The notes below the pieces were generated by a model, which searched no databases, was not told the DNA's origin, and saw nothing but the letters and a program-made list of their open reading frames with translations. DNA of 60,000 nucleotides from Camelus ferus. Lineage: Eukaryota. Made by a program: the position numbers and the translations under genes. Below are positions 38,683-50,716 of the stretch, in pieces. The stretch covers positions 68,140,001 to 68,200,000 of the forward strand of contig NC_045696.1 of the NCBI RefSeq assembly GCF_009834535.1, written 5' to 3'. Positions within the stretch are counted from its first letter, which is position 1; the number at the start of each line of letters is the position of its first letter.

Positions 38683-40649
38683 GATTTAAACATCATTCTA
38701 TTCCACCTCTTTATTTACATACTGGGAAAAGGAGGCTCAGAGAAGCGAAGTGATGTCCCAGATTCACCTAGTTGGTCCAGAACCTGGACTTGGCAAACCC
38801 CTTCTCTTTGTACCTGGGAAGAAAGTGGAGGGGAAAGCAGGGTGAGAGAATGCTCTCTTTGTCTGCCCTTCAGCTTCTTGAAACAACTCTCCTGAAGGAG
38901 CAGCCCCACCCCTCTCTTGATTTCCTGGAAAGTGATCAGCAGTCCTGTGGCTGCCAGTGGCCAGGAGGGAGCTGGGGGATGGAGCGAGTGTTGCAGGATG
39001 CTGGAGAAGGAAGCTTTTTTCTTTCTGTACCCAGAAGAACAATCCCAAGGGAAGAACCACTGCCTATTAATAACTAGCCCTTATTTAGGCTAAATATTTT
39101 TTAAAAAATTATGGTTCATGGAACACTTCTATATCCATAATCGCAATTTGTCTAATTCTTACTTCCTTTGGAAATTATCTTGGAGGCATCATTATTCCCA
39201 TTTTGTGAGAAAATGAAGACCTAGAAAGACAGTTGAGTTTCTTTAGGATTCACAGTCAGTGTCAGAGTTGGGAAGAGGGACTGATCTCCTAACTTCTGGC
39301 CCAGTGTTCCATCTACTTCTCATTGCTTCCTGCAGGGTCTAGCTTTACGCATCTCCTAGGAGAAATCTCACTATAATTAGGTATTTTGGTGTTCAAGTAA
39401 CTAAATCCTTTTGGGTGAAGCCCAAGGCAGACCCCCCTTACATACTGAATTTGGCTCTGTGACAAATCATAGTGTTAGAACACAGTTCATGATTAACTGT
39501 GGGCTTTGTTCTGCCAACATCATTGCTGAGAAAATGAGTATGTGGATGGCGGAAAGGGTATCACGTCCCGGGATAAGATTTTCATCATTAAAATTGTTGC
39601 TAGGTTCATGGGGAATAGGATCTCACTACAGTACTTAACGGTGCTGTGCTTGCAAATCACTGACCTGATAATTTGCAGAATCCCCACTTCAGAAAGATTT
39701 GTTCTAGCAGAGACTGAAATTCTTTATTTGGAACTTGACACATCCCAGGCCCATAAGGACATAGCTTGACAAGGTACGCAGCTACATCCATCATTACTCA
39801 GCCCCAAGCAGGCGACAAGGCAGGGCAAGGCTTTGGTGGGCAAGAGTCAGGGACCCCAGGTATGTCCTGACTCTGTGTGTGACTCATGTGATGTTAAGAA
39901 AGCCACTTTTCTGTTAGGATGATCAGCTGCTTCAACTGTCACATGTTGAGATTGAATTATTCTATGTGCTTCTAATTTTGCAAGCCACTGGATTCTTTTT
40001 CCTGAGAATGCTGTGGGAACCTAGCATGGAGAAGTGGTGAAAGAGATGGGGCTGAGGACTTGTAGCCCGTTCATTTAATCAGCTTGTGTTGCCATGTGAT
40101 ACGTGCATGAAAGATGTCGGGGTGGAAACGATTGGCTAATTCCCCAAAGCCCTTTTAGTCCCCAACACTAAGCATCCTAAGGACCACTAATGTCTTAATA
40201 ATAGATGCTGAGCACCTGAGGGCTTGCAGGGAGCCCAGAATTCAGGATGCATGCCTAGGCAGACAGGGAAAGGAAGTAGAATGGTGTAACAAAGAGTAGA
40301 GTTTGGAGTGGAGGGAGGCATGATTCAGTTTGCTAGCCTTCACAGGTGCACAGTGCTTTATAGATTACAGAGTTATTTGCACATCAATTGTCTGTCTCTT
40401 TAGAGCTTGCCCAACACTGTACATTCAGGTATTCATACAGCGACCTTTTATGAATCAGCAGTGGTGTGCCCGATATGGTGGTAGAACTCGGTGGTAGAAC
40501 TCCTGAATATAAAGAGGATTCATTTGAGCCTCAAGAAGCTCATGCTCTGATAAAGGAAAAGGCATGTAAACATGTGATTGCAACTGCAAAACTGAAAGGC
40601 TCTCAGGGGGGTGCATGCAGATATGGAAGGGAGGAAAGAAATGATTCGC

Positions 40650-41750
40650 TTTCCCGGGGAAGGGGAAGGAGGTACACCTAGGGTGGGACTCTGCGGGTGG
40701 AGCTCCCTCAGCATTGAATCCGGGTCCTTCAGCCTGGCGGCAGGGGTGGGGCGGGGTTGAGGCTTGGAGAACCCGGCCTGGGGGTGGGCAGGAGAGGCGA
40801 AGCTCAGAAGCTAGGCTGATGGGCAAGGGCTTTGAATGAAATGCAAAGAATTCGGACCCCGTGGCAATGAGCTCTTGGTTCTCCAGAGAAGGAGACGGGC
40901 TCACCAGAGCCTGAACCGTCTCCCGAGGCACAAGCACAGGTGAGGGAACCACAGGGCCTGTGAACCCGGCGTCCTGATGCTCCGTCTGCTACCCTGTGCT
41001 GCCTCCAGCAGGCCTGAGCCAGGCAGGCCCCACATGGGAGAGGCCTCCGGGCTGTTTATCCGGCTCGGTGGGGCTGGCTCTGGCCCGGAATGGAAGTGGG
41101 TGGGGTGGGGGCCGTGGAGGCGAGGAGGGGCCTGACAACAAGGGCGACATTCAAGGCCTGCGCTGGAGCCGGGTGAGGAGAATGGAAAGCTACAGTCTGC
41201 TGGAGCGTCCAGCCTTGGCAAGGCGGACGGGGCCTTATAAGGAAATGTTGTTCTCTCCCAGCCAGTGGGGCTGGGACGGAGCCCTGTGCCCACAGGACAG
41301 AGCTGGCCTTGTGGGGGGAGGCCGGGGTGCCACCCACCGCCCGGCCGCTGTGAGCAGCAGCTCTCAATGGGCCGCTTCTGCAGGCTCAGCACTCCCTCTG
41401 CCCCGCGTGCGCAGCCCCCAGCCCCCCACCCTCCCACTCCCCCGGGCCCGGGGCTGATTGGTGGAAAGGGAAAAAACAAAACAAAACAAAGACTTGGCCA
41501 GTTTTCAGGCCTCAGTGTTGTTTGATGCCGAATTACCCCGAAAACAGGCTCCAGTCAAATTCCCTCTCCTTTCCCTGCAGGGTGCACGGGAGATGGCTCT
41601 GTACCCTCTGTCCCTGCCCTGCACCCAGCTGTCTCCTCCCTGTGACCCCAGAACTCCCAGCGCCGGGCCCTGAGGACCTGAGGCCAAGTGGGGAGGAGGT
41701 GGCGGAAGGTGGGCAGGAGCCTCTGGCACACTCTTAGGAGAAGGGCGACT
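40650..41750. promoter_or_regulatory. GC/CpG-rich candidate promoter or enhancer with CArG, MCAT, ETS, CCAAT and GC boxes
   Basis: marked local rise in GC and CpG; ccttataagg (41233-41242); ccggaatggaagt (41085-41097); attgg (41457-41461); ggggcgggg (40748-40756); no repeat recognised. Confidence 0.6.
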
Positions 41751-42229
41751 CTCTTCAGAGTCCTTACCAGTTCCGGGCAGGCCAGAGGGCCTGAGAGACT
41801 CAGGAGGGCGCAGAGGGAAAACACAGCTGGTCTCCAAAGCATCCTCCTTGGGAAAGGACAGTCAGCATCTATCAGCTCCTGGAAGGAGTGCCTCTCCACA
41901 GGGGTGCTGTGAAGGGTGATTTAAAGCATCGATCCCTGAGGGATCTCCCTGAACCTGAGACTGGGGGTAGGAGCAGAAAAGATGCTCAGTGTGGGCCTTT
42001 TGCTTTGCCTATTCATAGACTCACAGATGCATGAAACCCTGGAGCTACCAGGAAACAGGTCAGCCAGCTCAGCTCTCCACCTCTAGCAAATTTGGCAGAC
42101 ATTCAGGTGGCCTGTGCTCTCTCCATGACCATGAACTCAGTCCCTCAAGCCAGTCCCTCCAGTATCCACAGGTGAGTGCCATCCGGGACCACCCCGAGGG
42201 CACCGTCTGGAGCCCCAGAGGCACACAGT

Positions 42230-42565
42230 GTACAAAATGCAAAGGAGAAAGTTATGAGCTCTGAAAAAAGCTCAGAGAAAATGCTCTTAAAGTTGAGAGA
42301 GAGGGACATTCTTCTTGAATAGGTGACCAGAGTAGTGGACAGTAAAGGTCAGGACAAAGAGAAGACATTTGGGCTGGCTTACTAGGTATGGAGGGGTGGG
42401 CTTGGCTAGGTGTGCACCCCTGGGAGAGGGGAGCTTTGTTGGCACGTGGGTTAGCACCAGACCTTGGAGGCCCTGAGTGTCAGAGGGAAGAGGAGACAAG
42501 TGAAAAATAGCTGGGAGCCACTGAAGGCTTTTGAGCATCAAAGAGGCTGGGCTTTAGGCAGCGTG
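42230..42565 (-). mobile_element. LINE-2 remnant
   Basis: gctgggagccactgaaggcttttgagca and upstream purine-rich L2-like text. Confidence 0.55.
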
Positions 42566-45059
42566 GTCTGGTGGCACGGTGGAGGGAGAGGCACCCTTTC
42601 TCCCCATTTCAGTGAAGTCAGGCAGAGCTCTGGATGGGCTGTATTCCCCTTCCCGGGGCTCGGAGGCCTGGCTCTCTAGAGGGCCACTCAGACCCCAGGA
42701 CTTCAAGTGCTGCTGGGTTGTAGAGGTGCTTTTCGAACAAGCAGTGATGCTTCCTCAGGAGAGGATTAGGACTGGCTGCTTTGGTTCACTTCTCTTCCTG
42801 AATTGAGGCTTTTGTACACAAGTCATTCGTTCAGATGGGGTCAAGAAACCCCATCTTCAGTTCTTTTTGGCAGGAGGTGATCCAAAAGCCCCCAGGCTTA
42901 GAAGGCAAAGACACAGTGATGCCATCTCATCTCAGAGAGCCTGTCCTTTGCTGGCACCCACTGTTCACACACCTGCGCTTGTACCGCTGCTGATGGCGGA
43001 CCAGGGGCCTCCTCTGTTTCCCCATATTGCTTCTTCCCTTCTTTTCAAGGCCTGCTGCATCGAGGCACCACCACACTGAGGAGGCAGGGCCCTTTGCAGA
43101 GTGCCTCGGGCCCCTGTTGCGAGGAGAGCAAGGATGACTCCTTGCTGGTGAGGAGCGCCCGAGGGGCTCTCGGGCAGAGGGTTAAGCTTGCTCAGTGCAC
43201 CGGCCCTGGGTTCTGTGGTCGCTGGCCCCACAGGGCTGTCTCTGCAGCAGGCTTGGGAAGAGCTTGAGTTGATCCTCACCTGATCCTGCCTCGTGGCCTT
43301 GAGAGCTAAACTGGAGGAGCTGATGCTGTGAATCTTGGCAGCAATTCTTGCTTCCCACCCACATTTCCCTCCCCCTCAATGCAGACACTGACCTTTAGGG
43401 TCACAGAGATACAGTTCCAGTCACCGAGGAACTGGCTGCTCCCTTGCCCATCCTGTAGGAAGGCTTCATTTTGAATTTGTATTAGACAAAAGTGAATTTA
43501 TTTCTTCCCCTTAAAGGTACATGAGACCATGTTATGGTGTGATAGTGTCTTAACCCTAAAGAGTAAATTTCAAATAATAAACTCAGAAGGTGGCTAGGGT
43601 CCTTATGTGAACGAAGTCTTCTTGTCACCCTTTAATTTTTGCCACCACCGTTTAAATTGTCTGCTGGTCTCAGTCTCTAGTCCAGGGAGATGTCATTGGC
43701 AAATCTCTTCTGTAGATTTTCATTTTGTTTAATTTTACCTAACTGTTCATTCCTTATTCACCTGTTTATTTGATTTGGTAATGAGTAGTTCACAAAATAC
43801 AGAAAAGCATAAAGGACATGCAGTAAAGGTCCTCCTCTTATTCTTTTCCCAGTTTCCTGCTGTCCTTGCCCGAAGCAGTCTGTGCTGCAGTTTGCTTATG
43901 TATCCTTCTCGTCTGTGATGTTCTTATGGAAATAATTATCAAAGACTTCCTTCATCCAGTAGGTATAGGTTCAGATTCAGAAAGACACAAGCCTGTTCAA
44001 ACAGAATTTTCTCGGAGCAATTGCTTTCCCAGGTTTGCCTGACTGGGGGTGCCAAGCCCTGATTCCGGACGTCAGAGAGCCCTCACCTGATCCGGGTGTC
44101 TACGGGTGTCTACAGAGCGATTCCTGATGTCCTTCGGCCCAGCCCTTTATCATGATGTGCTGAGGATGCCCAAGCTCACTCTCCAGAATGAGATTTAAAC
44201 ACCATGCCCCGCATGATCTTATAGAAAATGAATCTTACACAGACCATACAGTGAGTTCAGGTACCAAATTAGGGAGGTACTAGGGAAGATCTGGCATCCA
44301 GGTGACTAGGGCTGAGGGGAGAGTCCTGGTGGGGTTAGCATCCTCTTCTCGGGGCCAGAATTCTCTGGTTCCTCATGGTCTGATCTGGACTGAAATACCC
44401 ATCACTTGCTCTAGACCTCTACTTGCTGGCCACAGAGAAATCTCAGTCTGTGTTTGCTCACCCTGGGACTGGCAGCTCCACCAACACCTTAGCTGTTCTC
44501 CGATCGCATGTGAGAACTTCCTTGCTTATGGATCTGGGGGCCATGGCCTGGCTCCCCCGTCATGCAGGGGCACTATCTTGTTCAATGATGATGCTGGAGC
44601 TGCGTTTCCTCAGTGAGGATCAGGTTTCATCAGTCCTGGCAGCGCTGGTCTCTGCATGCTGGTTGCTGGGAAGGGTTTTAAAGCCTCTGTGGTGGGAAAA
44701 GTCTCTTCCTGATTGGAGTCCAAACTGAAAATGGATCCTCCATTTGCAACACAGTGACACTTCCAGCTTGGTATCATCAAACATCTCTCAAGCAACAGCA
44801 GCTTGGAACATTATTGTTTAAACACTCCTTGCCCCAAATTGTGTGGGTTTCACTTACAGAAGGACTGACATGCTAAGTGAGGCAGGAGCAAGTCAGCACA
44901 AACAGAACTATAAATAACTTGATAGAGACAGATGTATGATATCGAACTGGGTGGGGAAAACAGATGTGGATAAACAGCTGGATAAGAATACAGATTTGAA
45001 CCTACTGAAATACTAAGATGCTTTTATATCGTACATAGTACATAGCTACTAAGAGAAAA

Positions 45060-45440
45060 AGTTACCTATGGTTCTTTTATCTTTTGCAATCATTTTTATT
45101 TTCCATAGTACCTTGAATCTTCTGGTCCGTATACAATGCACCTTTTAATGTAGCTGCAATCACATCACGTATTATTCACAGTCTGGGTTTTTGCTTAATA
45201 TTATAAACACTTGCCATATTGCTCCAATCTTTATTTTATGGCTGCAGAAATGCCATTGTGGTGATTCACAATACCTTTCTTGCTTTTACCTATTGTTGCA
45301 ATTTTATGTCTCCAGATGCTTAGCGTTATGGATAATTTGGTAAAGAACATCCTAGGATACTTAGCTTTGTGCTTTTGTTGATTTCCATTGGAGCAATTTC
45401 AAGGAGGCAGATGACTTGGCCAAAGGGTATGGACCCCCTT
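45060..45440 (-). mobile_element. Ancient L1ME-like fragment
   Basis: ttttatggctgcagaaatgccattgtggtg...cctattgttgca...aagaacatcct...gccaaagggtatgg. Confidence 0.55.
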
Positions 45441-46534
45441 AGGAAGAGCAGCATTTCCTCTGGCACAGAGCTAACTGTGTCGGGCAGAGCTCTGAGCCTC
45501 AAACTGATCTTATTGGCTTGGTGCTCTCAGCCAATAAATAGCATGTCACCTGGCAACTGAGCAGAAGAGCAGAGGTTTACTAGGCCCTGAGGGAGACCTG
45601 TTTCTCTACAAGTTCTCTACTTTTGACAGCTAAGCATACATGACTGCCATTCCAGGGGTCTGCTTTATTGGCAAAGGGTGCTCTCTTTTGGTCGCCATAT
45701 AAGGGCCTCTGAACCAATGATTCTTTGGGAGGAAAAGCAAACCAGTGTGAGACCCCAGTTCTGTCCTGTGGCTGCAGGAGTGAGGGTTGCAAGTCACTGT
45801 ATTCCCAGTGCAAGGATACCATGGTCCTCATCAGTGGCACTGCCCACGCGCTCAGTCCTTGTGGCAGATGTCCGGTTACGTGCAACCCAGATGTTAGCCA
45901 AGGCCCTTGGAGAGTCTATTAAACTTGACCCAGTCCCCAGTGCCGAGCCTTGTGGGAGCCTCAGATCCACAGCCCCACTTCTGCGAGCGCCCCTTGTGTA
46001 TGTCATCACGCCTCACTCAGCCTTTGTGCCCTCTCATCTGAGTGTGTACGTGGCTCTGGCCCACATCAGTTCAAGGGGCAAAACTCAGTTCCTTCCCTAG
46101 TCTTCACAAAAATTCACTCACCCCAGGCCTTTGTGAGTTTGGTAAGTTTACAGAAGATAGAGGGTCTTGGGGAGGGGTCTCATCATAGACTGGGCAGCCT
46201 TTGCTTTCTTTTAACCCCTCCCATCTCTCTTTCTTAGCATCACTCCCCTGGGCAACACCCGACTGGCTTCCCTCCAGCTTCCTCAGGATGGTTCCCCCAC
46301 ATTCAGGCTCCTTCTGTGCCATCCAGGTAGATACAAATCACTCTCCAAAAGGAAGTCTGCTAGATAATATTTCCCCCTCTGTCATCAGTACCATGCCCAG
46401 TAAGGAAGGTGGAGGGTAGGGAGTTTTATTTTGTTTTGATTTTTTAAGCGAGATTGAACTTCACACAATGAAGAGTTTTTTGCAGCTTACTTTATAGAAA
46501 TCTGCTCACTCAGGTCTCCCAGTGACTCTGACAG

Positions 46535-46700
46535 GTGATTAGCTGGACAGGCCTTGTTATCCTGCCTTAGAGGTGAGGTAGCTGATAAGGAGAGGGCAAG
46601 GATCTGTTGCAGGCCACACAGTTGATCTTCTGATGAGCTGGAGCTGGAACTCAGATCTCTCCTGTGCTCAGCGTGTGGTCCTTCTTCCACATCACACTGC
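46535..46700 (-). mobile_element. MIR SINE fragment
   Basis: gaggtgaggtagctga...aggccacacag...ggagctggaactcagatctc. Confidence 0.6.
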
Positions 46701-46949
46701 CCGGCCATCCGTTTGGGTGCCTCATGGGGCTTTAACCACGGCAGACATCCATAAATGCCCATTCAGGAGGCATTACTGAGCTCTCATTCTGTGTCTGTCT
46801 TCAAAGAGTGCAGAATGAAGGATGCATGAGTAAACTGAGGGACTTCTTAATACCCTAGTACCAACTCGTAGTTAAAACCAGGTGTGACAGACCAAGTGTG
46901 GTATATGCACAATGGAATGTTAGTCAGCCACAAAAAGAACTGAAGTGCT

Positions 46950-48114
46950 CAACCCAACCGAAAAATGGGCAGAAGGCCTAAATAGACATCTCTCCAAAGA
47001 AGACATCCAGATGGCCAACAGGCACATGAAAAGATGCTCAACATTGCTAATTACTAGTGAAATGCAAATTAAAACTACAAAGAGGTATCACCTCACACCA
47101 GTCAGAATGGCCATCATCAAAAAGTCTACAAATAATAAATGCTGGAGAGGGTGTGGAGAAAAGGGAACCCTCCTGCACTGTTGGTGGAAATGTGAATTGG
47201 TGCAGCCACGCTGGAGAATAGTAAGAAGATTCCTTAAAAAAGTAAAAATAGAGTTACCATATAATCCAACAATCCCTCTTCTGGGCATATATCTGGAGAA
47301 AACTCTGATTTGAAAAGATACATGCACCCCAAAGTTCATAGTATCACTATTTACAATAGCCAAGACATGGAAGCAACCTAGATGTCTATTGACAGATGAT
47401 TGGAATAAGGAAGATGTGGTGTATATATACTAAGGAATATTACCTAGCCATAAAAAAGAATGAAATAGTGCCATTTGCAGCAACATGGATTGATGCAGAG
47501 GTTATTATATTTAGTGAAGTAAATCAGACAGAGAAAGACAAATATCATATGATATCACTTATATGTGGAATCTAAAAAATATGATACAAAAGAACTTATT
47601 TACAAATCAGAAATAAACTCACAGACAAAACAAACTTACGGTTACCAAAGAAGAAAGGTGGGAGGGAGAGATAAATTAGGGGTTTGGGATTAACAGATAT
47701 GCTCTACTATATATAAAACAGGTAAACAATAAGGACCTACTGTATAGCACAAGGAACTATATTCAGTATCTTGTAATAACCTATAATGGAAATGAATCTG
47801 AAAAAAATACATGTGTATAACTGAATCACTTTGCTGTATACCTAAAATATTATAAATCAACTATACCTATATATATATATATATACTATATATACTATAA
47901 CTATATATAAATTTAAAAAAAGGAAAAAAGAAAGGTTCAAGTCTTCATTCCATCATTTTTAAAAAACTTTTTCTTTGGTGGGGGAGGTTATTTATTTATT
48001 TATTTTTAACGGAAGTACTGGGGATTGAACAAAGGACCTTGTGCATGCTAGGCATGCACTCTGCCTCTGAACTATGCCCTCCTCCCATTCCACCATCGAA
48101 AAAAAAAAAAAAAA
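46950..48114 (+). mobile_element. Young 5'-truncated LINE-1 (ORF2 C-terminus, 3' UTR and tail)
   Basis: ORF 46945-47313 reads [29 protein letters not shown]...[24 protein letters not shown], the L1 ORF2 Cys-rich end; TSD aaaaagaactgaagtgct (46932) / aaaaagaaatgaaatgct (48110). Confidence 0.96.
47957..48085 (-). mobile_element. Vic-1-like SINE (copy 4) inside the L1 tail
   Basis: reverse complement ggaggagggcatagttcagaggcagagtgcatgcctagcatgcacaaggtcctttgttcaatccccagtacttcc; TSD cattccatcat (47946) / cattccaccat (48086). Confidence 0.92.
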
Positions 48115-49160
48115 GAAATGAAATGCTGACACACTGTAACATGGCTGGATCTCAAACACATGACACTAAGTGAAAGAAGCAAGGCACAAATGGCCACATA
48201 TTCTAAGAGTCCACTTACATGAACTGTGCAGAAATGGAAAATCCATAGAGATGGAAAAACTGCTGGGTGCCAGTCCAGGCGGAGGCAGAAATTGACTGCT
48301 TAAGTGATTCTTTCGGTGGTGAAAACGTCTTGGAACTAGATAGGGGTGGTGGTTTCACCACATTGGGACTCTACTAAATACCACTCAGTTGTAGACTTTG
48401 AAATGGTTCATTTTATATTGTGTGATTTTATGAAAAAGGAAAACCACGCCAACAAACATAAGCCAGGTGTGAATTTCATCTCCCTGCCCTCTGCTCTCCC
48501 CTTCCTTGCCTGGTTCCACATCATGATATTGCCTCCCTGGACAAGGAATGAAAACGCAGACTCAGTTCTCTACTCTGTCACATATCGGCAGAGTGGCCTT
48601 GAGTAGCTTAAGCCTTCCAACCTGCAAGATGAGGAAATTAATTCATAGTTTATCCAAAGTCCCTCCCGGGTCAGTCTTCTGGAATCCAGAGGACAGAAAG
48701 GGGGATGAAATCCACCGAGGGGAGGGAAGCACTTTCTGAGTTCTTTTGAACCTCTCTCTTCTCGGCTAGTAGAGTGCAGTGACTTTTAATTTCCTCTGTC
48801 CCCAGGCACCAGGGAAACAGTCACACAGATAACAGCCTCGGCTCCTGACCTGGCTGGCACTGCTGGAGCCCCCACCATGCTTCATTGAGCAACGTGAGCC
48901 CCTCGGTAATCCTGTTAAGCCTCCAGGGCGGTGAGTCATTTTCCTACCACCCAAACACCTTCCTGTCGTGTCCCGGCAGGGAGAGGCGCTCCAGCCAGAA
49001 CGTTAAGACTTGACCTGCAGCAACATTCTGAACATAAATTGGAGCTTTTAATTGGGTTGTGACTTGGAAACCCATCATGCCTAAATTAGTGTTTAGAAGA
49101 GCTCCAACTGTGCTCGTTTGTTCACTTATTACCCCTTTTCTGGGCCCCTGTGACATCTCA

Positions 49161-49208
49161 GGCTGGGATTTGAAGGATAATGTGGGCTGGGTTTTGAAGG
49201 ATAATGTG
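49161..49208. repeat. 24-bp tandem duplication
   Basis: ggctgggatttgaaggataatgtg followed by ggctgggttttgaaggataatgtg (1 mismatch). Confidence 0.95.
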
Positions 49209-49389
49209 AGCTTCCGTGCTCCAGGGTGTTCCAAGGGCGTATGATGTTAAAAGTGGGCTGCCTGAGTGGGCAGACGTGTTTTGTCACTGTCTGTGTTTTG
49301 AGTTGCCAGTGCAGGATGACAGTAAATTTCAGTTGGTTTAGTTACTGATTTTAAATTCCTACAATTAATACGTTCCCTTATTGCCCAGT

Positions 49390-49775
49390 CTGAGCCAGAT
49401 TGCTCTTCCCCCCACAGCTACCAGGCATACAAGATAGGAAAGGGCATTCAAAACATTGGGAACAGCATGTGCCCAGAGCACAGAAGTATGAAACTTCAGA
49501 ATATGTTGATGGAATAGCAAGCACCTTGGTATGATAGGACATGGGATATTTGGAAGAGGAGAGCTGGAAAGGAACTGAAAATGAAGCCTCTTTTCTCGGG
49601 GGCACAAGTTACTGTGCTACTGGGCTTTATTCTAGAAGGCAATGGGGAGCCATAGAGGGTTGTAAGGAGGAGCATGATGTAACTGACTCTGCTGTAGATG
49701 CAGCCCTCTGACAGCTGATAGGTTAGGATGGGGATGAGCCTGGAGGAGGGAGAAGGTCTTAGCTCTGACGGCTCT
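49390..49775 (-). mobile_element. LINE-2 fragment
   Basis: gggaacagcatgtgcccagagcacagaag...gaaggcaatggggagccatagagggttgtaagg. Confidence 0.75.
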
Positions 49776-49799
49776 TCCACAGGGAACCACCTGGTCTAG

Positions 49800-50038
49800 T
49801 TGCTCACACCCCACTCCACCCTACCCTGCACAGTTACTCTTTGTTTCAGGCCCTTTCCAGACCTGACACGGTCTGTTGATCTGTTTGCTGACTTACTTAT
49901 TGTTTCTCTGTGCCCAGGAAAATGTGAACTCTAAACGCAGGGATTTTTTTCTAGTCTGTTTACTCCACTTTTCCAGCACTTAGCACTGGGCCTGGCACAT
50001 AATACATGCTCCATAAGTATTTGTTACATGAATAAAAC
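49800..50038 (+). mobile_element. LINE-2 3' end
   Basis: ccagcacttagcactgggcctggcacataatacatgctccataagtatttgttacatgaataaa. Confidence 0.85.
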
Positions 50039-50545
50039 TGTGGAAAGTAGACACAGAGGTCGTTAGTCAAATGAGGATGAAAATACAGTTTTATCCGCCG
50101 CTTGGTAATCCCTCATATGCATCTGGCTAACTGCTGGAGAAGGTAGCTTGGAGGGGAGGCCACTGTGGGGCCTCCAATTCCAGCCCTGCAAGTCACAGGT
50201 GCACTGGTCAGTTCACTTGCTTACTCAGCCACAGAGAGAGAAGCTGGACAAGGGAGAGCTGGAGGGCCAGACCCACCCCTAGAAGACGCTTGTAGCAAGG
50301 AGGCAAGAGGTGAAGAGAGAGAACAGGCCGAAGACAAATCATCCGTGGTTGGGGCCTCGAGCATCCACGGTGGCCCAGGGAGCCTGCCCACAGAAGCATG
50401 TGGTCCAGAAGCTGTTAGCCTCCACCAGATTGGCTCCTGCCCCTTCTCCTTGGGCAGGGGGGATGGTGGTGGTAGGAGCTGGAGATGGAGGTGAGGTGTA
50501 AGTAAGGGATATTGAAAAACCTGAACATGTTCAAGCCACATGGGA

Positions 50546-50583
50546 ATCTGGGGTCTGGGAAGAGATCTGGGGTCTGGGAAGAG
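50546..50583. repeat. 19-bp perfect tandem duplication
   Basis: atctggggtctgggaagag occurs twice in tandem. Confidence 0.95.
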
Positions 50584-50716
50584 GTGAAAATCTCCTTCCT
50601 TATGAAGAAAGTGGTCATGGTTTTCCTTGCAAAAGGAATCGGTCCACAGAAGCAGTCCCAGCCGAGGGGAAAGGCCAATTTCTCCATCTCCTCCTTTCTC
50701 CAGAGAGAACGTTCGT

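Larger units (their letters stand above)
46890..48435 (+). mobile_element. Old LINE-1 3' end (host), split by a younger L1 and a SINE
   Basis: tgtggtatatgcacaatggaatgttagtcagccacaaaaagaactgaagtgct resumes as gacacactgtaacatggctggatctcaaacacatgacactaagtgaaagaagc. Confidence 0.85.

Noticed and set aside
40901..41479. 192-aa and 153-aa ORFs in the GC-rich block
   Set aside because: Pro/Gly/Arg-rich translations are expected from stop-poor GC-rich DNA; no recognisable domain and non-ATG starts
46945..47363. ORFs with a clearly protein-like Cys-rich sequence (also 54326-54828, 3526-3998, 55155-55346, 57545-57775, 8294-8476)
   Set aside because: They are truncated L1 ORF2 or 3' UTR remnants and their antisense reads, not host genes; there is no 5' UTR, ORF1 or intact RT domain
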